Shown: one piece after another, positions 23,891 to 37,576 of the stretch
Layout of the letters: each line of letters opens with the position of its first letter
Numbering within the stretch: the stretch's first letter is position 1
NCBI GenBank assembly: GCA_965153455.1
Contig: OZ234493.1
Location: 2,790,001-2,854,000, forward strand
From: Sphagnum compactum
Taxonomy: Eukaryota
Direction of reading: 5' to 3'
Length of the DNA stretch: 64,000 bases
The notes under the pieces: model-generated
The model's input: the letters and a program-made list of their open reading frames with translations, nothing else
Told to the model about the DNA's origin: nothing
The model's database searches: none
Program-made: the position numbers and the translations under genes

Positions 23891-26109
23891 CCTTATAAAT
23901 TTTTTTTTACAACGAACATTACAACAAACCAATAAATCTAATAACATAGCTCTGAAATGAGAAACAAACTAAAAATTACACATACATGGCATTTACAAAC
24001 ATTTACAATTATTAAAAAAGACCGAGCGAAGGGTATTTACATGGTAAATTGAAGAATTCGACAATTCTAAAAAAGAATAAAAAGGAGAGGGAAGAAAATA
24101 GAAAAAATGAACAAAGAGAATTGCTCTTATATTCTTTTGTAAAGAAAGTATCCTCTTCTCCTAACAAGCTAGCTCGCTCTTTGATTTATAAATCAAGAAG
24201 TCACATGCACGCGGCAAAACATTGGATAGCGATCAAGATTTTTGGAACTCCATAGCAATCCACCGAACGTCTTCATCTCATTTTCAAGATGCAAACTCCT
24301 TTTGAATGATTACCAAAATAACTTTGGAAAAGCAAAGAACAATTTACATGCCTTATCAATAGAGGGTTGGATCTAGCTTATTTGTCTTGATGTGTGTAGT
24401 AGGCAAGTGGCCTTTCTTTAACATCTAAACTCGTACCGCTAGTTTTGGGTATAAAAATTGGGTAGAGGATTGGAACACTAATAGTACACTTGTTTGCTTA
24501 ACAATAAACCATCTTGAACCCCGCTACCTACCTCTAAGGTTCTCACCCACACAAGGAGTGTGTCTGATGAGGATGGATAGATTGAGAAAAATAAGCCCAC
24601 ATTAAAAAAATATACATGAAGTGTTGTCTGAAATTCGATGCAAGAACAACCTATTTTGGCCATCCATGGGATGAATTGATGATGAACACAAGGTATCACA
24701 ACATGACTCTTTAAGCCTCTTTCAAAGACTTTGAATAGGACTAATGGGGGGATTAAGTAGGTAACGCATTAGTTGTTGTACTCGAATCAAACATGCATCA
24801 AGGAGAACTAATGACCTTAGATATATGGTCATTGAGAAGATTATCCAATGATTATTACAATCAAAGGATATCATTGTGGGTGCTTATTCAATAATGAAAA
24901 ATAGAAAGGGAAAAGACATTGCATAACTGAAGTGTACAAGTATCAAGTGAGATTTTTTTTAGGACGTAAAACACTTGGAGTTTTGTCCATCAATTCCAAG
25001 AGTGGAGAGATTGGTGGGATCAAATGCGTTTGATTCCTATAGGGAGGATAAGAACATACCTAGAAAGAAGAACAAACCCCAGGTGTAGGATGGAGGCTCA
25101 ATTGCTAGATAATGCCCCCTCTGCCCACTCCTTTCATCTTCTCACTCAGATTCAATTAGTTTTTGTTTGTTTAATCCTCTGACAAAGCTACAACTTTGAA
25201 TCCTTCCTTGCTCTCCACAAAAAAAACAGGCCTCAAATTATCATGATGCATACACCAAAGATGTTTGGTACTTATGCTTACTTGGTCACATCACTTTAAT
25301 AAGTTTGCACATATATGGAGTTGAATTTGTGATGTGATCCAACTAATGTGCTCCTTTTGCCTCGTAGCTTTGCAAAATGGCAATGTGGGAGTTGAAAGAT
25401 GAAAACAATACAGATTTTATATGTACAACAAACTCCAAAATGCACACTTCAAATGTTTAGAACTATGTGAACCAATATATTTTAAACTAATGTTTGCATA
25501 TTATGTTAATTTGGTACTATGTTGATAAACATTCCTTTTGCCAACACTAATAACATTTTTGAACCAAAACAAAATACTACAAAGATATTAGGTATAATCA
25601 TACAAATTTTGTTGCAAGCTAATAATTCTATCCATGATAACAAGTTTAATTTTAGAATATGCTACATGGTTCACACAAGAGATTTATATTCTTAGTGATT
25701 TTTCACTACACTTCAAAGCCACAATGATAATGACAATAGATCTAGTTTTGAGAAGGAAACAAATGTAGATGATGGTATAGGTTGATATTTTGATACATGC
25801 GCTTGTTCATTGTGCTCAATTAAGCTTGTATGTGTATAGAGTTGAAATTGTGATGTTTGTGTTGTAATGCCCCCTCCCAATTTAACATATGCAAAAAATG
25901 ACAATTCACAATTTCATAGTTTGATTGATGGGCCAACCTTGTGTAAAAGACTCCAAAATGCATTGGTGAATTTTGCATGGAACTATACGTTATGGTGTTC
26001 AATTTAGGAATAGAAGTTTGGTGTTGTACACTACTATATGCACATACATAATAGCTTTTGGTTTTCCAAATTTGTAAGATAAATTCTTGTTGCACACACA
26101 ATTCAATAT

Positions 26110-27330
26110 GCCTTTTTCACACCCCTGGTCTGGTTGGGACTAAACTATAACCGGAATCTCTTCCCTCGCAATCCTCTCTATAAGGTTTGGAGGACCACCT
26201 GCATGTTTCTAGTACATATGTACAGACAATAGGGACATTGCAGCATGCTTTTGAAGCAGCCATTATCAAAAAGGAGGCTGCACTCGAGGAGGCCTTGAAT
26301 ACAAAGATTGAGGTCCTGCATTGAAGAATGAGTTGCACCAAGCTTAAACAAAAGCTCAGTAGGATGTCTTGACGATCTAGGCATTAAAGTCGGCCAAGTC
26401 CAACTTCGCGAGTATGCAAACCTGATTGGACAAGTTTTTTACCATAAAAGAGGAGTACCGAATTCAAATCCCTACTTTCCAAGATTAATTGATAATCATT
26501 CAGGTTGACCTAGATTGTCTGCAAGCTAAAAGGACAAAATTAAAAGTGGAATACTGGAAAGTGGAGGCTAGTCAAAACTCTTTAGAGCTCGTTGCAATAA
26601 TGGATGTGTGTGAGTTCAAAATTGCAACAAAACGAGCCAAACACCTTAAGAAGGAAAATGTGGACTTCGACGCAAGACTACACTCCCAGGCAGACAATTT
26701 GAGGAAGTCTATTGAAACCATTAAGTGTCCAAGAGTTGCCCTACCATGCTCCCATCATTCACGAACAGTTAGAGGATCTGGAAATGCAAATTTGGTTCCT
26801 CACCTAGAAAGCTAAGGAGGTTGATTATTCCTTCCATCGGATTGCCAAGTTAGAGGTGATCAAAACCAAAAATGCATTCATGAAAGCAGAGCTCTTCATT
26901 TATCTACAAAAAGTAAAAAAGAATTGGGTTGAACAGTGGGAGTTCTACAAGGCACAAATTACCAAAATTCTGAACTACACCTTTACTAACTACCAATAAG
27001 ACAAGGAACTGCTGAGACTTTGGTTAGTTGCATATGCCCAAGCTTTCCCAGATTTTGTTGTACCTTCTTTTGTTGTTATTTCTCCGGCTAAGACAACGTC
27101 TAGAACCAGATCTGGACAGTTAGTATGGGAGGAGCAGAGGAAGGAACCGAAACCATAATGGAGGTGGATTCCATTGTTGCCAAAGTCGCAATCAAAAGCA
27201 CTTAGGTTGCTCTTGATACCACTGAAATTGTTACCGAAATCGTGCATCCCTCCACCCTGTCCACCATCACAGAAACTAAAGAGGTTGAAAACTTTCAACT
27301 GGGGGATGGTATTAAAATTATCTCAATGGT
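26110..27330 (+). pseudogene. Decayed ORF with coiled-coil character, probably TE-derived
   Basis: Plus-strand fragments such as LQHAFEAAIIKKEAALEEALNTKIEVL and KRAKHLKKENVDFDARL are broken by stops. GC is higher than in the flanks. No family recognised. Confidence 0.3.
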
Positions 27331-30300
27331 AAAATAGACATTTTTTTAGTAAAAATAAAATTGTTTTACTTGATCTTGAGGACATGATCCAAAATAGAAA
27401 GGAGGATAATGTTAAAGCTATAAAGTTTTCTAGACCAATTTTGAAGAATTGTAATTTTGTATCGAAAATCAGACTTTACCAATTTTTGATATATGAACCG
27501 ATTTTGCACTTCTACTGATTTCACATTTTTATCAACTTTACTTTTTTACCAGTTTTAGGTTAGAACCGATTTTAGGTTCTTTCAGGAAAAACTTGATCTT
27601 ACATTGTCTACCACATGTGACAATCCCAACATGTTGAATTTAAGGAAACATAATTTAAGTATTTCAATAGTTAACATGTGTCTCCACATGGTTGGAGATT
27701 GGATCCACCAAAATAGTTGTAATTTACAATCACAAAATGATGCCCCATATACACTATGTATATACTGGCCCCATAGGATGAGACAGTATATAGATTTAAT
27801 CTTCATTTACCATCTGATGATGTTATCTTGATGTAATGTCTCATGCGACTATTTGTCGTCTGCGACCTGTCTTAGGCGACTACTAGATAGTTGGTTGTAA
27901 AATGTCTCTTTGACTAAAGAACAGTCGTAAACACTAATTACAAATCAAATTTTTCCTTCTTGTGTTTTATAATGATGAATTTTGACACCATAAATATTGA
28001 AATCATGGTATATAAATACACAAGTTCAAATCAACCACTTGCATCCCGAAATTGATAATCAATGAAAGAAAAAGATATGAGTAAAAACCTAAACTAACAA
28101 CAAGTAATTATTTGTGATTACATAGTAGTTGGACCATGATTTTGTTTAGGTGCACAAGTGTGAAGCTCCTTTTCTAAGACAAGAAAACTAAATGGAACTT
28201 TTGTACTAAGTCAATTAGGTTCTAAATAGGGAGTCTTATAGTGTTGAAAGTTTCAAATAGTTGTCATCAAATAGAGATTCAATAGCCTATGAAAAGTATT
28301 CACAAATTCAATAAGATTCAAATTAGTAAAGAAAAAATAAAAAAGAATGAATTGTTGAAAAATGTTTTTTGTGGGTAGGGAGTGGCCATGTTTTTTCTGA
28401 TTAACTAATGGGTTATTGCCACATGGCATGGTTTATAATATTTGGGGAACTAATTGATGTACAAACCAAGAACATATTTGGACCATCCAATTCCTATGTT
28501 TCTAATTTACAAACGTGGCATTTGATTAAAAGGTTTGATTTTCCTAGATTGTGATATTAGATGATCTAGAATTTTAAAAATCTTATGGCCAAGAAATGGC
28601 CATGTTTTTTGTGTTTGACTAATCAACACGTGCCACGTGGCTCATTATGAACACTGTTTTAATAACTATGTGGGAAATAGTTATAGTTAAATTTAATGGG
28701 ACATGTTCACCATGTTTTTCATGATTGACATCAAATTTGTGTTGTCTATATTTTTCACAAATGACTCCCTACACAAGCTCTAGTATTATCTTTGCACATC
28801 CATGAATGGACAACAATAAATTTTTTTTGGATATATATACCAGTACCAACTTTTTTTTGGTTGAAAATCTACATGTGAGGAGGATGGTTACAATAGGAAT
28901 GAAATGTATAGAAGATGTGATTTTTTTCTAGTTGTAGTTTTATTGGTTACAATTCCAATCCTTGAAAGTTGACACTAACAAAAAAAACAATTGGGTGTTG
29001 TGGCATGGCTACAAATAGGTTTTATGAGGTTCGAAGTTTATCCAAGTGACATGGCAAATCCAATGGAAATCAACAAGTTGGCACTTCAACCATGATATCA
29101 TGATGTGGGTTGTGAACCTACCTTGTGATTTGTTATATGGTATGAACTATCCAATGGAAAAAATAATGTTATTTAGCTTTTGATTCCTTAAAATAGGAGG
29201 GTTGGCCAAGACTAATATATCCATATCTAATTTTTAGCAACTTCAAATGCAAATTATAAAGTGTTCAAGTTGGGCCATTATTACTTTTTCTTTTGGTGTA
29301 ACAAATGTTGTACCTTGACTTACAAAACCTAAGTTTATGAGATTTTGTTATAATTCAAATCACTTTATATGGTAGGCTAACCTCTAATTAAATGAATTCA
29401 ATTCACAACATAAGTTTAATTGTAAGAGGCATAATACCAAAATGCCCTTTATATTGTAATATGAGTGAATGTATTGCAATGGGAATGGCTCTCAAATAAG
29501 GGCCTCCTATACTTGAATTCTTAAGGACCTTGGCTCCTATAGTGAAAACATGGGTGATAAAAAAATAAAAAGCCATCCTCATTTCATCCAAGATTGGAAA
29601 AGGACTTAAACAAATAATCACCCATCTAGCTACTTTGGTTTGTTTGTGATGAGCTTCATTCCAATTTTTTTAGTAAATAATTATAGTAAAAGTTAAGAAA
29701 ATTATTTTTAAAATAAGAAAATATGGTGTTGAATGTGGCCCCCATCACATAATTTGCAAGTTTATTTTCAAACAAAAAGCATGTTCCCATGTCAACTTGT
29801 AGCATGGTTTCGCACTTGGACCTAAACAAATAAAAATTTCAAGATTCATGAAAGTTAAATGTGTTTTCAAGATCATGTCACATAAGCTATGAAGGTGCAA
29901 ATATTCTAAAATTTTGCTTGGATGAAAACCTATGTTTTACAACGAGTCATTAAAAAACAGTGAATAATTCAAGTGCATTAAAGGTAGTAAGGATCGTGAC
30001 TTGATTTCTCATGCTTGTGAAATGTGAGACAACTAATTTTGACATGGACCAAAACATTCAAAAGAAATGGACATTGTGATCATGAAATCAATTGCAAACA
30101 AGGTGAAAAACTACAAATGTTTGATTCCTTAAATTAAATGGGGTTTTGGTGGCAATAAATTTGAAATAAATGCCACCTAAATGTATGAAAAGAGAAAGTT
30201 CACAAAATGTTGAAACCTCAATTTGGGCCATTTAAGGATTTTGAAGCAAAAATCCATCCAAAAACCTAAAAGAAATATCAATTGAATAAGTTGGAACCTT

Positions 30301-30652
30301 TAAAATTCAAAAGATGGCAGGAAACATTGCAAAAGATAAGATGGTATTAGGTTTTAAATATTTGGATTTTGAAAGCCAATGGACCATAATCATATTATAG
30401 AACAATTCCACATACTTGATCTTTTTTTGGAATAAATATTTGATGAAAGATTTAATGTAAAAGAAAAGGGTCTTGTTGGACACCAATTATTTTAAGACAA
30501 TTCAAAGGGTGCCAATGAAATAGTGGAAATTAAACAAAATTGATGTGAAATCCTAATGGAAACCATGTAGTAAAATTGCAAAGAAATTGTTCTTCGCAAA
30601 AACAAAAAACTATTTCACTATGTGAACAAAATCAAGCATTGAAGACTCACTG

Positions 30653-31430
30653 TGTCGCAACCCCACTTTGAAGGAGTGTGAGGATGACACTCACACTCCC
30701 GAAATGGGGACTTGGGAGTCCACTGGGACTCCTGAAAATTCAGAGTTCAATTGCAAGGGTCAAAACACCTCGCCTTGAGGTGTTTTTTATACCGTTGGAA
30801 AGGTCTTGAAGTGTAGATGTCGAAAATGGCCTTGTATGAGCCATTCAAACATTTGAAGCACAAGTTATGGACGAAAGAAGGGCCGAGAGTCAAATTGGCA
30901 ATTTGACTCCCGACCACTAAAAGTTGGGAATCGACCCGACCCTAGTGTGTGCAGGTGGAGTGCGACAAACCGTTGGAAAGCTCTTGAGGAGAGCTACAAG
31001 TTTGCTTTAGACTTCATCTCAATCGTAGGTCTGAGCAAGGAGTTATGAACTCCCAAAGTCCCAGGAGTCCAAACCGGGACAGTTTCGGGACTCCTCCTTG
31101 GGAGTCTTGGGAAAAAGAGCCATTTGGACGTAGGTGCCACGGAGTAAAGCAGAGAATACTATATGGGAGAAGGTGGTGGCTTCCCCCGAGTTCGGGCCGT
31201 GGTGAGTCATGTGAGCCCAGGGTCGCCCGTGGCTTCTCCTAACACTAAAAGTGCTTCCGAATGTGAACTAACCAACTTGTTGGTTTGTTTGATGTAGGTT
31301 CAGTAACGAAGTAAAGCTTGTCCCTCGCCCTAGTCTAATCCCGGAGCTTCAGCACGCCCTTCTACCCCTTTTAGTGCTGGAAGCTGGGAGCGTGCACCAA
31401 GTTCCAAACAATTCCGCTGTTTGATACACC
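30653..31430 (+). mobile_element. LTR-like interspersed repeat (solo or truncated)
   Basis: Abrupt GC-rich island starting TGTCGCAACCCCACTTTG, with internal GGGAGTC/GACTCC motifs, inside AT-rich DNA. No clear 3' terminus or TSD found. Confidence 0.5.
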
Positions 31431-34400
31431 TTAGGTTTAAAAATTACAAAACCACCTCCATTAAATCCTATTCATTGAAAGATTTTCAAAAGAATCAAGA
31501 ATTTAGCCCAAATTCTTTAACCTAAGTTCAAAATTAAAATTTCATTTTCATTAAAAATTGAAATTTCATTTGTTATTGAATTTCAAAAGACAAAAATTAC
31601 TCAAGACTTAATATCTCCTATTTCATTGAGCGCTTTCCAATAATATCAAGAGCACATGCCCCAATTGCCCAAAACTTTTGTTTTGATTTCTTTGACTTTT
31701 CAATGGTAAAATTAATATTCAATAACTTTTGCACCATAGGTCCAAAAACTTGGTGCACCCCTAATCATAAAGAGTCCAATGGTACCAAAAATGTGATAGG
31801 ATATGTGGTTTGGGATATCTCAACATGACAAGACAAAAAAAAAATAAAAAAATAAATGTAATCATAGGATTATTATAAACAAAAATTAAAAACATGTGAA
31901 CTATATTATACTTTCATTTGTGTTAGTATTTTAGTATTTTATTGTAATTATATAAATTATTCCTAAAATTGTTATCACATCATAAAAAATGACACTATAA
32001 TCACAAGGTGTCATGTTTGGATGACTAATTTCAATCACACTAATCATAATAATCAAATTGAACAATTCCAAATGGGTGCCACATCTACCACATGTATATT
32101 AGAATGTTTGATTTGACTAAATAACTAGTTGATTTAGTTATAACAGACATAGCTAGTTTTGATGTTATTCAAAACAAACATAATTAGACATTTCAAATTG
32201 ATAACCTTGATTTTACAATCAACTTATTCATAATTTGACTAGCATAAAAACCATGTTTTAAAATAGTGTAGCTTCATCACATTATGCACCTTGCAATTTG
32301 TAATGTTTGTATTTGTATGCTATTACAAATCACCTAACTTCCCCATTATGCAATTTACATACCTTTCATGCAAAATAATGAGTAAAATGCAATAGTTAAA
32401 TGACAAGAAGGGGGTTACTCATCAACTTCAAGTCAAACAATTCATCAAAGGACATGTTTACCAATGGAGATGATTGTTATTTCTCCTTTCTTTACACAAG
32501 TTCAACACCTTTTCTTAGTCATTTCCTAATAAACTCCACCCAAAAAAAAACAACCATCAAAAGAATGCATACAAGTTTAGCAAGTGTCCCAATCAAATGA
32601 ACTTGAAGGTTGACCCCTAATAACACTTTTGTCCAACAATGAAGATCATGGAGGCATCAATTCTACCTCTAAGCACTAGCATTAGCTTCGTGTTGCCTAC
32701 TTCTTTCCTATAAACTTCTTGTTCCGTTATCATACACAAACTTCATTGGTTCCCTTTTGGTGAAGGAAAAGAAGTCAAAATAACCTTACTATTGTTGCTT
32801 TTAGAAAAATGTTGTTAACATATATTAGTTGTTTGAAGGAAAAAACGATAGCAACATTTAAATAATAATAGTGATGATGATGATAAATATTTCAATCATC
32901 TTTGGGGCTTTGACTTGTTTTGTCAACAATGTCCATGCATATATTATATTTTCATAATTGGTGAAATATTTCACCCAAGTTTTTGATGTTTTGAAAGTTG
33001 TTGTATTTTTCTCCACAAGGAAATAAAAGCAAACTAGGGCAGCAAAAAAACTTGAGATTCAAATAATCAACACATATGAGTGTGCTTTTGCACTACAATT
33101 TCAACATCAATCTCATTGAAAAGAAAGGAAAATTTCAGAAAATTATGATGTACATGAAGCTTCTAAATTTATAATGTTACAATTTCAAACTAACACATTC
33201 AAAATACATGGAGGGCTTAGTAAGGGCTTTTGCAATTAGATGGATGTTGTCAAGGTTATGAAAGGTTTTGGGGCAATTGCAAATGGATGACCCCTCAAGA
33301 TGACATTCAACTTAATATGATTGTCTGATGATTTGATCAAAAAGTTAAAACTTAGTAAAAAACACATTGATTTTTAATTTTAACATAGTTTACTATTATT
33401 TTAAAGTAGTTGCACATGGGGTCATCATAAAGATCGCACAAATGACATGGCCCAACATTTGTGCTAATTGGTAGTTATCGCATTAGATGTGTTGGTGTGA
33501 GGAATGGCCATGCAATGACCATGGTTGAGAAATTCTTTGATAATGCCACCCACACCCCAAAGCCCAAATCTTGTAGGGGTTAATGAACTATTAGCAAAAT
33601 AATCATATCTTATGGATGAAATAATTTGAAAAGGAGTAGAAGATATTGAAGTAGAATAGAAGCATGCATTTAAAATTATGTATTTGAGTTGTATTGACAA
33701 TTTATATTCATGTGTTTAAATTCTATTGCACCATCAAGATATTTTGTAAATGACTAGAAATGAGATTCTAATTGAATCATTGATGTAAATTATAACTAAC
33801 ATCTAGTCATGTTGTAATTGGATTATAGTCATATTAAGGTAATATGGCACAAAAACTCTAGAATCACATTAAAATTGATCTTTAAATGTAACATAGTCTT
33901 GCTAAAGTTCAAAGATAGTTGCACATGGGTTTATTGCAAAAGCCATGCATATGGGATGGCAACGTCCATGCTAGTTGGCAATTGTCACAATGGATGTGTC
34001 CATGTGAAAGAACAATCAAATATTAACATCATTGTAAATTTGGCTACATGAGTTGTGTATTACAAAATATAATGAAGTCAATGCATGTTGACAAAAATCG
34101 TACAATCAACAAAAATACACTTGAAATATTTCATACCCTTACAACTTTCCTAAAATTCATGTGCAACTAGTCATTTTTTAGCATGGAATTTGGTATTAAT
34201 AAATGATCGTATTTCTCAAAAAAGGTTACAATTTAGTTGCAATGTAATTGATATCACCATGTAGTTGCAAATGAGTGCGATCTTTGCGAGTGCTATTTTC
34301 TCATAATGATATCCCCTTTTGCAACACTCCAAATTAACACGTGTGAAAATTAGTTAAAAATGAACTATGAAATTGAAATCATAAAGTGCAATTGATGAAC

Positions 34401-35302
34401 TGACGTGCAACTCATAATAAAAGATTTAACAATGATAAGCAGACATATAACTCTAAAAACAAGTGTAAGCTAAAAAGGAATGTGATTTTGTTCAATTTCA
34501 AAACTTAACCAAAACAATTGTGAATAACAACTCATGAACTCCTTAGACGAACACGTTCAAAAACCATTTTATAGGATTCTTTATGCAATATGTGGGCAGA
34601 TGGTTGAACATGAATTTACGGTCACATTGTAAATTTGACAAGCATTAAAAAAAAATCATTTCAATTAATTTTCAAATTAAAAATTAAACATTCAAAAAGT
34701 TTTTGATTGGTTCTCTTAGTGCAAGTTTGAACCGAGTTAATTTTTTTTTTTAAAACACGTGATTATAATTTTGACAATTTTTCTCAAATTCAAAAATCTT
34801 TGGGTCCAATTCGAAAACAATGTCTAGTCATATGTGCACATGTACACTCCCTAAGGCTAGAGATCTCATAAACACAATGTTTTATAACAAGTTAAAAACT
34901 TAAAATTGTGAAAGCATTTGAGGTTTTTAACAAATTAAAAAATCGATCATTTTACATATAAATTTCAGCTTATTTGTTGTCTTTTTGAAGAAAATTCAAT
35001 GTGACCAACCCATCTAAACTTGTTTGCAAGAATTTATTTTCAAAGTTTTGAATTCAAATTTTTTTAGCAAAACATTAGTTCTATGGTTCAATGTTAATAT
35101 CATCTTTCAAAAATCCTCATATAATAAAAATAGACCTATTATTATTATTATTACCTAGTAGGGGCCTATAAAAATCCCTTAAGCTACTATACTCTATAAC
35201 GGGTCTAAACACAATGTCCCCCTTCTTGCCTTGGTAGTAGTCGGCAAACCCAAAAACCCCCGAACTGGTGGGTCTTCAAATATTCAAATAACGTAGTTAG
35301 TA

Positions 35303-35507
35303 CCTTGGCCATTTCAACACATGTACGTGTCCGTCGAATAATTAACTAATTTTGAAAACATTCATTTTCAACAAATGGGCTAAATATTCTTAAATAAATA
35401 TTCACTATTTTTCCTTCACAAATAATTTTTTTGATTTGGAAGAAATCATTTTTGAAAATTTCAACATTTTCTGAAAATAATATAATTAGTGTCCAAAGTG
35501 GCCAAGG
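35303..35507. mobile_element. MITE-like element with ~19-bp TIRs
   Basis: CCTTGGCCATTTCAACAC at 35303 and GTGTCCAAAGTGGCCAAGG ending at 35507, with an AT-rich interior. Confidence 0.55.
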
Positions 35508-36810
35508 AGGGGAAGAGCAATTGGGTGCAAATGAGAGAGATAATGCTTTGTCTTGTCTTGCTTAGCAAAACCCTAAAAAATTAGAAGCTTCTGGACTCCA
35601 GTGCTTTTGCACATGTCTGCTGCAGCAAGCACTTGAGCTTGGCCAGAAAATGATGGAAATAAGACTATTATAGTGAGAATCATGAAGCAGATGAAGCTTC
35701 CTTGCCTGCAGGCAGGCACATTTTGGGAGGCGGAATCGGCACTTGCTGCTGATTCTATTACAGCAGCAAATTCTGCCGATTCTGCCCTTGTTCTTTGGGG
35801 GTTACCTTGGCATTCCTGGAAAGTTCCCCCTGGCTTTTTGGCGCCAGTGAATGGAATGGGCTGTGAACAGCTGGATTTTGCCAAGTGTGCCCTAAATGGC
35901 ACCACTTGGCAGAATCCACCCTAGTAGCAGTGATTGGAATGGGCTGTGAACAGCTGATTCTGCCAGGTGTGGCCCTCAGTGACCTTGTCAGGGGCACACT
36001 TGGCAGAAATTGACTCTGATGGCACACTTGGCAGAATCCACCGTCCAACTCTTCTTCGTGTGTGAAATGGGTGTCCTAACTCACTCCCAAAATTGATGTA
36101 GGAAAAGCCCCCCCCCCCGGTTGTTTTTTTAAACTGGCGAAATTTTGCCAAAAAGAGGAATTCTATTTTTAAAGTGCAAAATTGATGTGGTTTTTTGAGA
36201 TTTTCCCATTGCCAGAATTAAATTTTAATTTTAAAAGATAATTTTGCCAGAGTGTTCTACACTTGGTGTTCAAGAAGGTAGCCAAAGTATAGAAGGACAT
36301 AGCCAAACTTTACCCTTTTCTTCTTTCTTCACTATCTCATTTTATAGCCAAATTTGGCTAAGTCTTCCTATGGATGATCACCATTCTGGCTACATCACAA
36401 TATTAACCCCTCACCTCCCTCCCCCCCCCAAAAACACCCCACATAAAATTGCTTTTAATAATTAATTAAATAGAAAACCCAACACTTTTGACCACCCCAA
36501 AACTCCAAATAAGGTTTGGGAGGGAAACGTGTGGTACCTACTACTACCTACCTACCTACCTACTTACCTACCTACCTACCTGAAAGGTACCTAGGGTGAA
36601 GTGGGGCCGGGGCATCAAAGAAAGGAAATGAAGAAGAAAAAAGAACGCAATACCCGGCCATGCATTTAACATCAGAACTAATAAATAAACAAATAAATAA
36701 CCGCCCGCCCGCCCGCCCCCCCCCCCCCCCTTCCCGGTCCAACCCAACAGGTTTCACAGTTGACGCGTTGTACCCAGTAACCAACCAACGACGGTCCCGA
36801 GAGTCCACCA

Positions 36811-36995
36811 CCACCCGTCCCGCGCAAGCAAAAGAAAAAAAGCAAAGCCAAAAAGAAAGCCAGTCTCCGTCCTTCCTTTTCCTTCCCTGTAGGTAACCCC
36901 ACCTGTCCCGCGCAAGCAAAAAGAAAAAGCAAAGCCAAAAAGAAACCGGTCTCCATCCTTCCCTTTATTTTTCTTTCCCTGTAGGTCACCCCACC
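36811..36995. repeat. Direct duplication of ~88 bp upstream of the MYB gene
   Basis: CCACC(C/T)GTCCCGCGCAAGCAAAAGAAAAA..GCAAAGCCAAAAAGAAA...TTCCCTGTAGGT.ACCCC occurs twice. Confidence 0.9.
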
Positions 36996-37224
36996 CCCTC
37001 TATTCGTCTGCTGACATTAATTACAGAATAATAAAACCGGCATAGTAAATGACCGCCACAATTAATCGGACGGACCGCAACGCCAGCGGCCAGACAATCG
37101 ACGGCCGCGTGCAGCCGACGCGTGGTGCAGGAGTTGACTCTCGGCTTTGCAGTAAAGGCAGAGGGTGGGGGGGACGCATGTTTTGGTGCGAGAATTTCTG
37201 GCCGATTCTGGCTGCTGTAACTGC

Positions 37225-37576
37225 CAGTGTTTTTTTATAATATTTTTGTGGCGAAATTTCTTTCGCAACTTGGCGATTTTTTTAAAAAAAATTCCAGAAA
37301 ATAATGAAAGGTAATTTTGTTTCTGAGGGAAAAAAAAATTAGTGATTTTTGGAGGAGTTTTTTTCGCCATTTTTCGAAATAAATATAATTAAATTTAGCC
37401 AAAATTTTACACCACCTAGGTCGACACTTGTAGCAGGAGCAGCAGCATTTTGCAAAAATACTACTTACAGCCCCCCCACCACCTATGACAGTCGCCATTA
37501 AATTTAATGCTAATTAATGCTGGGGATCCTCGCTCGCCAGTAAACCTACTTTAGGAATTTGTAAAGAAAAACCCTG
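37225..37576. mobile_element. hAT-family MITE (352 bp) with perfect 8-bp TSD
   Basis: Ends CAGTGTTTTTTT and AAAGAAAAACCCTG. TSD GTAACTGC at 37217-37224 and 37577-37584. Confidence 0.9.

Larger units (their letters stand above)
20204..24154. mobile_element. Putative non-autonomous element bounded by a CCT direct repeat; class unknown
   Basis: Left end tgg-CCT-ATACATATG and right end AAAGTAT-CCT-cttc. Both end blocks are duplicated at 16672-17430, and an internal block (22103-22180) is duplicated at 18603-18680. No coding capacity seen. Confidence 0.55.
19635..25110 (+). pseudogene. Possible decayed host-gene fragment split by the 20204-24154 insertion
   Basis: GC-richer segments lie on both sides of the insertion. 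One frame reads ..HEQERQQQQ..KDVDSMDEFPAG|LFS*QASSLFDL*.. across the reconstructed empty site. Many stops; no family recognised. Confidence 0.3.

Noticed and set aside
35154..35190. Helitron 3' end (CTAG plus hairpin, minus strand)
   Set aside because: The hairpin is imperfect and too close to the CTAG, and no 5' TC end was identified.
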